Below are positions 1-15,344 of a stretch of DNA of 64,000 bases, piece after piece (within the stretch, counting starts at the first letter, position 1; the number at the start of each line of letters is the position of its first letter). The DNA is from the human T2T-CHM13v2.0 reference genome, Homo sapiens: NCBI RefSeq assembly GCF_009914755.1, contig NC_060927.1. One strand, written 5' to 3'. Below the pieces are notes generated by a model, which saw nothing but the letters and a program-made list of their open reading frames with translations, did no database searches and had not been told where the DNA came from. A program made the position numbers and the translations under genes.

Positions 1-1034
1 TTACATAGAGGAGTAAAGCCCAGACTGTCAGCCCAAAATAACAATGTGAGTTACAGAGTACCTGCATGGAACCCAACAACAGAAGGACACTCTTGGCATA
101 GACTTAAAGGTCAACTGGCAGCACCAAGTGGCCTTGAACATGAAGTATTTTTAAATAGGAAACAGAAACAGTAGATCAGTCAAAATAAATACTAGGAGTT
201 CCCAATATACTTACTGGGGACGTGCAAGAGGTGGAGTGTCCTTCAAGAATATGAGGGAGCAGGAGACATTGCATTGGGAATATTATTGTCATCACTAACA
301 TATCCTTACCTACGATATTGGAATATATTCAGATTCTGTCAGTCTTACCTCCCTTTCTCTGTCTTTCTCCCTCTCACACACATGCACGTGCGTGCACACA
401 CACACACAATCCTACCCATACACTATATTGCCAATGGTTCTTTTTCAATGGTGGCAATATAGGTTTCAGAATTTGCTTGTCAGTCTGTTCTGTATTTTAT
501 ATAGTAACACATGCTACTTTTAATTTTAAACTATACAAATCAAGAGGTTTTAAAGAGTTTTATCCACGATTACCGCATATTTTATGCTAATTTTTAAAAT
601 ACAAAAGTAATATGTTAAAGACTACCTTAACATCAGAATTTCTCTTTAGATATGAATGCCACTGTATCCTGATAATACTAAACACAGTGAGGATATTACA
701 CCTGCCTAGTACATTTATGATTTTATTGCTGATATTCATTCTCCATGCTAATCTGCAGGAAGCATTATTACTGCTGTATTTTATAAATAATGCTCTTATT
801 TGTGGTAATGCTTAGCAGAAATGTAAGAACTTGCAAAATATTTTAGATTTTAAATTTGTCTTCTTAAATGCTGCTTTTGGTGCTTTATAAAGGTCACAAC
901 TACATTTTAATGTTCACTACATGTAAATATGGGAAAGTGCGAGAAAGCCAATTAGATGTGTTCTGTTTTATTTACAGAGTGCTTGCAGCTCTAGTTTGCT
1001 CACTATATCAACACCTTGTCAGATAAATTATGAA

Positions 1035-1370
1035 AGTTTATTCATTCATTCAACAAATATATATAGTGAACACCTACTACAAGCAAACAATAATGGCCTT
1101 TACTGGAAACAAAATTTACATTTAAAGGTAATTCTAGCTGCACAGAACAATAAGAAGCCATATAATGTGCTAGTTAAGGGCACAGAACTCAAGTAAGTTT
1201 ACCTAGTTCCAAATATTAGTTTCATCATTTATAGGTGATTGGTGAACTTAGAAGAATTACATAATCTCTGTCTCAGGTAGTTATCAGTAAAATGAGGATA
1301 ATATTATCTACATGGTTGGGGTGTTATTTGCAATGAATGAGATCAATTATGTGTCGCATATAGAAAATGC
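1035..1370. mobile_element. Degenerate L2 3'-end and MIR fragments
   Basis: TTCATTCATTCAACAAATAT (L2 tail) followed by a MIR-core-like segment (...TCAGTAAAATGAGGATAATA). Boundaries approximate. Confidence 0.55.
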
Positions 1371-1621
1371 TATGTTTTCAGTGTTTGGTTTCCCTGATAC
1401 ACTCAAATTTTTGTTGAAATTATCAGTAGACCTACTGTTTTCTCCAGAAGAAATATTGGTGATTGGATAAATGAATTTAGAAAGTCATGACATTTCAGAG
1501 CTGGAAGAGGATTTATTGATTACCTAACAACCCCATCATTGTACAAGTAAGACCACAAAAGCACAGAGATACAAAGTCAAGTAGTTGGTAAGTTTCCAAG
1601 CTTGATTAAATCCCACTTTTA

Positions 1622-1922
<301 letters not shown>

Positions 1923-2379
1923 TCCCACTTTTATGACTTCCTGACCAGCATTCTTAAAATAGATGCCAATTGCATGTCCACTCATTCATTCTACAAATAT
2001 TTATTAAACAGCACTTCCCATGGCAAGCACTATTGCTAAATACAAATGACACTTGGACAAATCAGATGGGTTACTTATCCTCTAAAGGTTCACATTATAT
2101 TGGGGTGCACATGTAAATGCATAGTGTTATGTGTGCTCTGATAAAATATGAATTGGTGGTAGTATAATGTGGAAGTGATAGTACAATGAAGTCAGTGAAC
2201 AAATCTATCTAAAAATTGTAGAAAGGCTTACACGAGATATAACTCTTGATCATGAATGTGGAGTAAATATTTAGACAGAGGTCTATGTGTCTAAAGTATT
2301 AAACAGGAAGGGGGAAGGATTCATTAAAAGAAAAATATAAAAGACAGTGAGTGACCAAATGGTGAAAGGCTTTGTATGC

Positions 2380-2739
2380 TGATATGGTTTGGCTGCGTCT
2401 CCACCCTAATCTCACCTTGAATTGTAATAATCTCCACGTGTCAAGGGCGGGACCAGGTGGATATGATTGAATCATGGGGGCACTTTCCCCCATACTGTTC
2501 TAGTGGTAGTGAATAAGTCTCATGAGAGCTGATGGTTTTATAAATGGGAATTCCCCCACACAAGCTCTCACTTGCCTGCAGCTATGTAAGCTGTGCCTTT
2601 GTTCCTCCTTTGCCTTCCACCATGATTGTGAGGCCTCCCCAGCCATGTGGAATTGTGAGTTCATTAAACCCTCATTTTCTTTATAAATTACCCAGTCTCG
2701 GGTATGTTTTTCTTCACAGCTTAAGAACAGACTACTACA
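2380..2739 (+). mobile_element. THE1 (ERVL-MaLR) solo LTR, THE1C/D-like
   Basis: Begins TGATATGGTTTGGCTG and ends ...GACTACTACA; 5-bp TSD TATGC at 2375-2379 and 2740-2744. Confidence 0.93.
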
Positions 2740-2971
2740 TATGCCCTGATATATAGTTTTGTATTTTACTTCTAAACTATTCACAAGGAAATAAATTAAA
2801 TGGAAAAGAAATGATTATCCAAAGATATCATAGAAGAAGCAATGTCATGAAGAGTGAAGTTCAGATTAAAAAGATTTGCTATACCCAAAGCAAAATGAGT
2901 GAACAAAGATGGAAATCAGAAACAACCTTCATAATATTATTTTGTTTCATGCACTTAAAAACTGTCCTCCA

Positions 2972-4058
2972 TAAGCATGGGCAAAGGTTTCATGACAAAG
3001 ATGCCAAAAGCAATTGCAACAAAAGCAAAAATGGGCAAATGGGGTCTAACTAAACTAAAGAGCTTCTGCACAGCAAAAGAAACTATCAACAGAGTAAAAT
3101 GACAACCTACAGACTGGTAGAAAAAAATGTGCAAACTATGTGTCTGACAAAGGTCTAATATCCAGCATCTATAAGGACCTTAGACAAATTTACAAGAAAA
3201 AAAACAACCCCATTAAAAAGTGGGCAAAGGATACGAACAGACACTTCTTGAAAGAAGACATACACATGGCCAACAAACATATGAAAAAAGCTCAACATCA
3301 CTCATCATTAGAGAAATGAAAATCAGAACCACGATGAGATACTATTTTACACCAGTCAGAATGACTATTATTATAAAGTCAAAAAATAAAATATGCTGGA
3401 GAGGTTGTGGAGAAAAAGAAATGCTTTTACACTGTTGGTGGGAGTGTAAATTAGTTCAACCATTGTGGAAGACAGTGTGGTGATTCCTCAAAGACCTAGA
3501 GACAGAAGTACCATTCAACCCAGCAATCCCATTACTGGATATATACCCAAAGGAATATAAATCATTCTATTATAAAGACACATGCAAGTGTATATTCACT
3601 GCAGCACTATTCACAATAACAAAGACATGCAATTAACCTAAATGCCCATCACTGACAGACTGGTTAAACAAAATATGGCACATACAAACCATAGAATACT
3701 ATGCAGCCATAAAAAAGAATGAGATCATGTCCTTTGTAGGGACATGGATGGAGCTGGAGGCCATTATCCTTAGCAAACCAATGCAGGAACAGAAAACTAA
3801 ATACCATGTGTTCTCACTTCTAAGTGGGAGCTACAGCATGAGAACACATGGACACACAGAGGGGAACAACACCCACTGGGGCCAATTGGAGGGTGGAGGG
3901 TGGGAGGACGGAGAGGATCAGGAAAGATAATTAACGGATGCTAGACTTAATACCTGGGAGATGAAATAATCTGTACAGCGAACCACCATGACAAACGTTT
4001 ACCTAAGTAACAAACCTGCACATCCTGCACATGTACCACTGAACTTAAAAGTTAGAAA
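2972..4058 (+). mobile_element. 5'-truncated L1PA (older primate L1): ORF2 C-terminus and 3'UTR
   Basis: ORF fragments ...[22 protein letters not shown]...[17 protein letters not shown] and WMELEAIILSK; L1 3'UTR ending AACCTGCACATCCTGCACATGTACC...AACTTAAAAG. Confidence 0.95.
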
Positions 4059-5016
4059 ATTTTAAAGGTATCCTAAAGGCATCAAGTATGGCAGAAAAAA
4101 AATTAAGTTTATAAAAATAAGAAAATAAGAATGGGTTATCATTATCCAATGCCTCTCTACAAATTAAGGGGCTAGGTCTGCAGAGTGTTATGGGTGAAAG
4201 GTTGTTGTAATTGACAAATTCTGTACTTAAAGATATTATCCATAAAATTTGAAGGCAAAACAAAAACATATCTGAAATGTACAAAAGTTCAGGAAATAAA
4301 CTAGATAACATTCCTGAAAAAAAATCACTCAAGGGCAAATTTCAAGTAATCTAAAAAAATTCAAAATAAAGACCACACAAATAAAGATGTAGCAGCAAAA
4401 TATAAAAGATTAAAGAACTTATTAAAGCAAGTTAAAGAGAAAATTACAGGTAAGTGACTTCTGTAAATATGGATATAAAATAGCTCTTGTCTTAAGGAAA
4501 TTATAAAATATCATATTTGCATATAATAAGATAAATCAAATACATATATAAAGTGGACCCCGCATCATACCAAAGGGAGGAGGGAAATCATTCTGATGAT
4601 GATGGAGATATATAATTAGTAGAATTAAAAACAGGCTTTGTGCTGTTAAAGGATGGCAAGACCAACCACTGAATAGACAAGATTTTCTAAAGCTGAATTT
4701 ATTGCTTATTATCATAAAGAAGAACACTGACAGTCAAACACAGTCTTTCCAAGCAGAAAAAACTTCAAGTCATACATAGGGTTTTTGGAAAGCATGATAT
4801 TCCGAGATTGGTAGGTTTTCAGAGGTATAAGGAGTTGACGTCATCAGTAAAAGTATGGTAACTTGGGTGAGAATGCCTTTGATTGCTTGGCACCCCAAAG
4901 GCGTATATATTGGAGTGAATCTGTTTCTGAGTGGCTAACTTTTGGTAGCAAGAGTCTGTCACTGATAGTTTGTCATTGATGGGCTATAAATGTTATCGAT
5001 CAACTGAACTGCTTTA

Positions 5017-5298
<282 letters not shown>

Positions 5299-7280
5299 AA
5301 CTGATTTTGATGCTCCCTGTAGCATGACTACCAAAGATTCCATCTTTGCCTAAAGTATGTGGGAACTTTCCATTTTCAATAACTACCAAGTTACCAAAGG
5401 GGGAAAAAAACAAATTAAATTGAAAATCTATAAAATGTTAAGAAACTGTATGAACAGAAAAAATAAGATGACAGTTCAAATATTTTTGTTACTTTCATTG
5501 GTAATGTTATAAACATTCTTATTAAAAGAAAATTATTCTGATCAGCAGGGGAACTCCAGTTCTCGAAATGGCAGAAAAGATTGTGCTGGATTAATTCTGC
5601 AACCATTAACATGTATAATTTCCCCACAAGATATTAAAATAAACTGCCTAAAGCTATTGACAAGCCAACAAAAACAGGCAAAACTGTAGGGGACACAGTT
5701 CTTGAAAGAATGCCTCCTTTAAACAGCTTTACAGTGAAAGAGATTTCCTAGTTTCCTGCAACAGAATGAGATTAGAGTCCAAACAGAAAGCAGCTTTACT
5801 GAGCTGAAGAGACAGAAAGAGTTTAGGGTAACCCTGGAAATCAGAGAAAGCTCCTGAAAAGAAGGGCACACATAGGAATAACCTTAAATTCTGCATATAA
5901 GTCCCTCAAGTGCTTGGACAACATTAAATAACATGTATTCAGAGGAAAAATTCAAGAAACCTAGAAGGAAGCAGTAGGCAGTTAGGAGGCAGAGATTTCA
6001 GCAGTTGCCTGATGCTAAGAAGACAGTTGATATGTCAAGTTCTGTCAAGCTAGTATAGCTTGGTGAACACACTGGGCTTTCCCCTAACATGGCAGCAGGG
6101 CCTTGTCTTACAAATGAGCCCAGGAGTAAGAACTATACAACCTTATGGTTAAGAATAAAACTAAAATATAACTATCATAAATAAGCCTAGAACCAAGTCT
6201 TTGTAGAGTCAAAGTAATCTGTTGGTGATTTAATTGCCTGCCTGCAAAAATAAAACTTGTGTCTTTTAGGCAGGTAAGATCCAGAGGCTCCTCAATGCCC
6301 TATATGCAATAAAAATTACTACACATACGAAGCGTAAGAAAAATATGGCCTATAATCTGAAGAAAAATGTAGCCAGTAGAAGCAGATCAACAGATATCCC
6401 TGATGTAGAGTGCTTATTATAAATAGGTTTAATTTTTTACAAGAGAGTAGGACAAAATTTATAAAACAATAAGAAACATTAGAGAAATGATGCTATCAAA
6501 AGTCAGATAATATTCCAGATTTAAAATAAAATTTAAAAAAATTATTAGATGGACTTGGTCCACATAAAAAAGAAAGAATTAGTAAACTTTAAGACAAGTT
6601 ATTAGAAATTAAACCCAGAAAGATTGAAAGAAAATCAACGGGACCTGTGAAATGTAAAATAATATCAAACAACCTAACATGTGTGATTGGAGTAGCGGAA
6701 GAAGAGAAAAGAAAAATGACACAGAAAAACATATTTGAAGACATAATGGCTGCATATTACCCAAATTCAGTGAAAAACACAAATTTAAAGATTCAAGAAA
6801 TTAAGCAAATCCCGAGTATGGAAAATAGAAAGGAAAACAAATGAAAGCTCATCAAAAGTGAAAATGCTGAACACCAATGTTAAGGAGAAAAATGTTAAAA
6901 GCAGCCAGCAATAAAAGAAATATTACATATTATTCTGTTCCTTTTGGAACATGGTTAAAAATAATGGTTGTCTTTTCATCAGAAACAAAAGAGTCAGAAA
7001 GACAATACAATAAGATCTTTAAATGGCTGACAGAAATTTTAAAATGTCAACCTACAGCTCTGTATGTAGCAAAAAAATAACCTTCAACAAAAGGTGAAAT
7101 GGATATATTGTAAGATAAATAAAACCTAGGAGAATTTTCACCAACATAAAAGAAACACTAAGAAAAATTTAAGCTGAAAAAATGATACCAGATTAAAAAA
7201 TCATGTCTATAGGAAGAAGTGAATAGCACCAGAAATACATATATGTAGAAATTTAAATGACTTATTTCTTATTTTGACAT

Positions 7281-7452
7281 TATATATATACATATATATA
7301 CACATACATATACATATATATACACATATACATATACACACATATACATATATACACATATATACATATATACACATATACACATATATACACATATACA
7401 CATATATACATATTTACATATATACACATATACATATATACACATATATATA
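7281..7452. repeat. (TA)/(TACA)-type low-complexity microsatellite
   Basis: About 170 bp of TATATACACATA-like units; source of the YI/CV-rich spurious ORFs at 7207-7553. Confidence 0.97.
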
Positions 7453-7652
7453 ATATGAGATTCTGGGATTTTGTAACATGTAGAAGTAATATATATGACA
7501 ATAATAGCACAAAGGAAGAAGGAGCAATAAAGAGAATAATCATATAAAATCATTCAATTGTGTATGAAGTCATATAATGCTAATTCATGGTAGCCTTTCG
7601 TAAGCTAAGCCATATCCCCCAAAATAACATGCAAAGTTAAAAAGCCACTTAA

Positions 7653-7940
7653 GGCTGGGTGTGGTGGCTCATACCTGTAATCCCAGCATTTTGGGAGGCC
7701 AAGGTGGGTGGATCACTTGAGGAAAGGAGTTTGAGGCCAACCTGGCCAATATGGCGAAACCCCGTCTCTACTAAAAATACAAAAATTAGCTGGGCATGGT
7801 GGTGCATGCCTGTAATCCCAGCTACTCAGGAGTCTGAGGCGGGAGAATCACTTGAACCTGGGAGGCAGAGGTTGCAGTGAGCCAAGATCACACCACTGCA
7901 CTCTTGCCTGGGCTACAGAGTGAGATTCAAAAAAATAAAA
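7653..7940 (+). mobile_element. AluS element
   Basis: GGCTGGGTGTGGTGGCTCA...TACTAAAAATACAAAAATTAG...GTGAGATTCAAAAAA. Confidence 0.95.
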
Positions 7941-8211
7941 TATAATCATAAAAGTGCTCCATATATCCAAAGGCAGGAAATAACAAAGAAAAAAGGGACA
8001 AATAGAAAAACGTTCTATTCTTCAAAATTGCACTTAATATAACTGGACAAAACATTCTTATCAAAACACAGAAATTGTCACACTGGGTAGAAATAGCAGG
8101 ATCTATCCACAAGCTATTTACAAGATATGCAATTTAAATATATAGAGGCAAAAATGTTGGAAGTAAAACAACGGAAGAGTATATACCATGAAAACACTAA
8201 GAAAACAGTAT

Positions 8212-8554
<343 letters not shown>

Positions 8555-9711
8555 TCATACAAGAAAATGTCAACTTTAGGACAAGAAATTTTTTGAGAAA
8601 AAGAAAATATTTTCATAATGATAAATGGTTAAATTTAGTAAGAAGGCCTAACAATGTGAAATGCACATGCAATTCAAAACGGAAATTCTAAAGGTGTTAC
8701 GCAAACTGGCAGAACTAGAGGGAAACATAATGAACAAATCCATAATTACACATAGGGATTTTCACACTCCTATTTTTTACTGATAAAACAAGAAGACATG
8801 AACATAAGAAAGAATAGAAAACATTTAAACAATATTTTCAACCAGTGACCAAATTGGTATTTATATTACTCATAGACAAGGAATGACATTTGAAGGTCTT
8901 GGGTGTGAGACTTTACAAGGTCTATAATGAAGATAGGGTAATAAAAATACAGTGAGTAGAACTGAAAAGTTACGGAAGTGTGAATATGATGGCATGTTCA
9001 GAGAACCTCAAATGTACAGTTAATAATTCTAGAGATAAATCTGGAAAAGTTGGTAAAGATGCCCATGGAATTTGGCACTAAAGAACTTTTGGCAATTTTT
9101 AAGGAAGGGGAGGATCATGATCAGATCCTTTTTAGGAAAGTATAGAGGAAGGAAATATGGGACTATTTAAAAAAAATAAACATAATACATGGGCCAAATA
9201 TGGATCATTTATAAAGATGTGAAAAGACCAGAGATAGAGCCATTAAACAAATGTCAATACATTTCAAATGATGAAATCATACAGTCTGTTCTCTAATGAC
9301 AACACAAATAAATTAAATAATGAAGATATATATAGTCTAAATATTTGGAATTTAATTTCCAAATTAAATTAAATATTTCAATTCTTCTAAATATCCATTA
9401 GACCAAATATTACAAGGAAAATTAAACTTTTAAAAAAGATATATAAATAAACTAATAAGCTACTCAGTATCACATGTCTTAATGTATCACTTAATAGAAA
9501 CTGGATTCTCATATTGTTTCTTCATTCAGTTCATTGTGACAAGTTGTGTTGGTTGAGACAGCTGAATAAAACAGCCTCATACAGATATATAGCTGGAAAA
9601 GGAAGGTGTTCTTTTGAAAACCCTTTCAGCTAATGTAGATATTGTTCTTTTATATCAAAACTCAAAAACTGATGAAACCTGAGAAGTTAGTTACAATACA
9701 GATTATGAAAC

Positions 9712-10112
9712 TGTTAGCAAAACACCAGGGTTTAATTCTAAGTTATGCTGCTCACTGTACAGAATGCCAATCACTGAGACAACACATGCTGCCACCAAGG
9801 AGAATGGTAGGTCAGCCTCAGGCTCATCTCCCTGACTGAATAAAACTAGGGCACTTATACAGGGAGGAAGGTGGGAAAACAGGAACTAAGGAAGGGTAAG
9901 AAAGCAATCATGATGGATGAAGGATCTAGACCCTCATTGTCTGGATGCAGGGATCTAGTGAGTTTTAATCTCTTGCCTGAGGGTTGGTTTCCTGAGGAAG
10001 GAACACAGATAAGACAAATGTAAGTTTCAAATTTTAAAACCAAAGGTCAATTTCTATGTTTATTCAAAAAACCTGCAAAAATCAGTTTTATGGGCTAATT
10101 ATGCCACATTCA
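9712..10112. mobile_element. ERV1-class solo LTR (MER31-like; subfamily uncertain)
   Basis: TG...CA-bounded ~400 bp block TGTTAGCAAAACACCAGGG...GCCAATCACTGAGACAAC...TTCA that interrupts Charlie1. Confidence 0.65.
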
Positions 10113-10121
10113 AAATCATAC

Positions 10122-10569
10122 TGCAGCACACTGAATGGTGGCCTCCAATAATATATATGCATACCTTGATCCCTGGAACTTGTGAATATTACTTTACATA
10201 CCCAAAGATATGATTATGTTAAAGATTTTGAGAGGAGGAGCTTACCCTGGATCATCCAAGAGGACCCTAAATGCAACTGCATATATCTTTATAAGACAGA
10301 AATGGAGAAAGTTTTCAGACAGAAAGAAGGAGGCAATGTGGCCACGGGGGCAGAGATTGGAGTGATGTGGTCACCAATGAACGAATTGCTGGAACCACCA
10401 GATGCTGGGAAAATAAGTTTCTTTCCTAAAGTCTTCAAGGGGAGCAAGGGCCTGCTGACCCCTTAGTTTCAAATATCAGGCCTCCAGAAATAACAGAGAA
10501 TACATTTGTTATTCCCAGTCACCAAGTTTATGGTAATTTGTAGCAGCAGCACTCAGAAACAAAGAGACA
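10122..10569 (+). mobile_element. MLT1 (ERVL-MaLR) solo LTR, MLT1D-like
   Basis: CCCTGGAACTTGTGAATATTAC...GCAGAGATTGGAGTGATGTGG...TATGGTAATTTGTAGCAGCAGC. Confidence 0.85.
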
Positions 10570-11479
10570 TATCAATAAACTTTTCACATTCTGTTATATT
10601 AAAATCCATTGGTCTATCTTGAACTTTGAATAGATCTTTCACTCAAGCGTGATTTTGTAACATCATTCATTGTTTATGTGCAAAACATTGGTTAACTAAG
10701 TTATTCAGATGTTCCAATGTTGACACATTTCATTGTGTAATATCAAAAGCCACATATATTATCAACACCAATCTTATCAAACACATCTTTAAATATTGAG
10801 AAGCTGGTGGTTACAAGATTTTTAAAATTCAAATATTTGCCTGAAGGTTCACCTTTTATCCCTGGTAAAATATACTGTCAAGTTGTTTTCCTTGAAGTGA
10901 CAGACACACTTGATTTTTGAAAAGTGTCTAAAAAAAACCCAATCTGAATAACCATAGACAGTCATTTTTATTAAGTAAAAAATGTTGTTCCATGGAAAAT
11001 GCAGCCAACTTCACTTACAATTTAAGTATTCTATTTGTCAGGATAGCCACTGAACTTCAGAATGCACCTGTAGTGATTTATGTGGACTGCCCATTTTTTC
11101 ACAAAGAATATTAAAAATGAGTGTACTCAAGGGTCAAAATTTAGTACAATTAGCAATTTTTACTGTTTCATCAAGGACATTTTTATATGATGCTGTTATG
11201 TTTACTGTTTCTTCCTTTTGACTGTGAGTACACAGCAGAGAAAAAAACAATAACTATTAGTGCAGTTTGTTGCCACTGTTTTGATTATGCCAAAATGCCA
11301 GCTGATTTATTTTTCCCACCATTGCTTTTGTTGCATCCGTGCAAATGTTCACATGAAGGAAAAGACAAATAACACCTTAGCATTATTATAAAAATATTTC
11401 TGGTCTTTTTGACCCCCCAAAGGGTTTCAGGAGCTCCCCCCACCTCCCAGGAGTACATGTGTTCCACTTCGATACTGAT

Positions 11480-12435
<956 letters not shown>

Positions 12436-12486
12436 ATTTCAACAATTACTTTTATTATTTATTTTTATAGTCTGGAATAAATAAAT

Positions 12487-12490
<4 letters not shown>

Positions 12491-12534
<44 letters not shown>
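12491..12534. repeat. (AC)22 microsatellite
   Basis: Perfect AC repeat. Confidence 0.99.
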
Positions 12535-12536
<2 letters not shown>

Positions 12537-13276
12537 TATGTACAAATTACATGCTATCAACAAGATACATGGAACAAAGTGGCCTGGAGAGACTAGAAGG
12601 AAAAAGATGGGCAAACAGAGCAATAAAAATACAATAAAAATAAAGCAAAGATTCTAATAATAATATCAAAGGAGAGTTCAAGATAAGCTTTTCAGTAGAT
12701 AAAGTTGCTCTCTGTGGTGAAACATGCAACTAACAACAAACCAAACTGTGGTGAGATTTTTAGGCACTTGATAACCTAATATGTAAATATATAAATTAAA
12801 CATTTAGACATAAAGTCAGAAATAATTTCCTAAAAGTTTTTAACACAATCTTTCAGCCTTTGACAAATGAAATAAATGGAAATAGAATATATTTGTGCAT
12901 ATATATGTCATTCATGTATAAATATATATACCAAAAGCACAACCCATAGCATATGAAATGTAGAGATAGTAGCAAATCTTTAAGCATTTAACTGTGGATT
13001 TAAATATTTTTAAATGCATACTTAGAAATTTAAAGATAGCCAGAAACATAAATTTAATTGAACATTTTAAACATAGTCTTTAATACAACGAGTAAACAAA
13101 AAATGGGCCTGAGTAATGTATTAATAGGGTGTACTTTATGTGTAACTGTATTTCAAATCCTAAATCCTATATTAAGTATTGCACCTTCTATTGAAGAGCC
13201 AATGGAACATTTAAAATGATTGCTCATATATCAAGCCATAAAGAAAACACCAATAAATTCCTAAAAGTAGAAATAA

Positions 13277-13646
<370 letters not shown>

Positions 13647-14085
13647 GTAATATCTTAACTAGATTTATTTTAAGACATAGACCTTCAAAGCAATTTTCAA
13701 AATAAAAAAACATGCTATTCTTGTTCATAGCAGTTACTGCACAACACAAAACATGAATTTTGAAAAACATATCTAAGAAACAAAAAGGATTCAATTCAAG
13801 AAGGAAAAATAGACATTCATCACTGGGATTAAAATTATGTATCTTATTTCCTCTAAGTTGAAACTTTGCTTTGTCCAAAAGTTGATTGTACCGTTAGTGA
13901 AAACGTATTTTTTACAGACCAAAGTAACAAGGGAACTTAGTTAAAATGATTAGACTTTGAATAACATCAAAAAACTACAAATAACTGTGTAAGGAGAAGG
14001 AATTTGTGCTGGTGTTTTGAATACTGGGAAGTGTAACCTTACAACTGGGCAGCTTGTAGAGAGAGAGTTAGAAAATTATCTTCCA

Positions 14086-14492
<407 letters not shown>

Positions 14493-15034
14493 TCAGTCTA
14501 ATTTAGAGGCATTTGAATGATTTGAAGCTCCGCTTTAGACGTCTATCAGCAAATGACAGGCTCCCTTGCCCTTCCATTGTTTGTGGATGAGTCCGCAGTA
14601 AAAAAGGCTGACATGGTATCTATGAAAACAAAATACTGCAGTATACAAAAACAGAAGCTTGACCTCAAAACTCACAGAAAGAAAGCCCCCTGATAATGAT
14701 TTACCAAAGGAACAGAAGTAGTATTAGACAAAAATGGCATCTTCTTTTGGCTCTAGGTAGAGTCTGTTTGGATTCTATGAAAAAAAAAAATAGCAGAAAG
14801 GATTTTCAGAAAACAGAATGAGATGAAATGTTAAATGATAGGGGAAAGTTTTCAGGGAAAAAGTCTACACAATAGTAGAATCTGAATTGGAAGCTGAACA
14901 AAATTAAATTAACATTGTGGAAAATAAAATTAGCAATTTGGAAAATCCTCTTGAAAAGGTCACCACATATTTAGATAAAGAGATTTAAAACAAATACTCA
15001 TTAAAAATAAAAGAGAAAGATTCTAAGCACAGAT

Positions 15035-15142
15035 TGTAAACCAAAAGGTATCTGAGACAGGTCCCAATCAATTTAGAAAGTTTATTTTACCAAGGTCAAG
15101 GACATGCCCATGGACCTCAGGAGGTCCTGGCAACATGCACCT
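15035..15142 (-). mobile_element. MER4-family LTR 3' fragment
   Basis: TGTAAACCAAAAGGTATCTGAGACAGGTCCCAATCAATTTAGAAAGTTTATTTT is the reverse complement of the MER4 3' end, like the end of the LTR at 21164-21612. Confidence 0.75.
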
Positions 15143-15344
15143 CTTAAAAGTATAAAAGTATAAAAGATATACCTGGTCTCAAGGAGGATGAAAAAGAAGA
15201 ACATTTGAAAAAATTATTAAATGATAATTGATAAATGATACCAATCAAGAAAACCTGCATGTCCTAAGGCCCTAAATCACAGATAAAGATGAATCCAAAA
15301 ATCCCCCCAATAAACAGCAGCAAAATGTTTGAATTGTATTTTTA

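Larger units (their letters stand above)
9465..11470 (-). mobile_element. Charlie1-type hAT DNA transposon fossil, split by two LTR insertions
   Basis: Segments ~9465-9711 and ~10570-11470 resemble recalled Charlie1 sequence (ATTAAAATCCATTGGTCTATCTTG...GTACTCAAGGGTC...CATCAAGGACATT) and read on across the insertions. Confidence 0.75.

Noticed and set aside
7207-7553. Three overlapping Tyr/Ile/Cys/Val/Met-rich ORFs
   Set aside because: Translations of a TA/CA microsatellite, not proteins. The same applies to 60970-61431.
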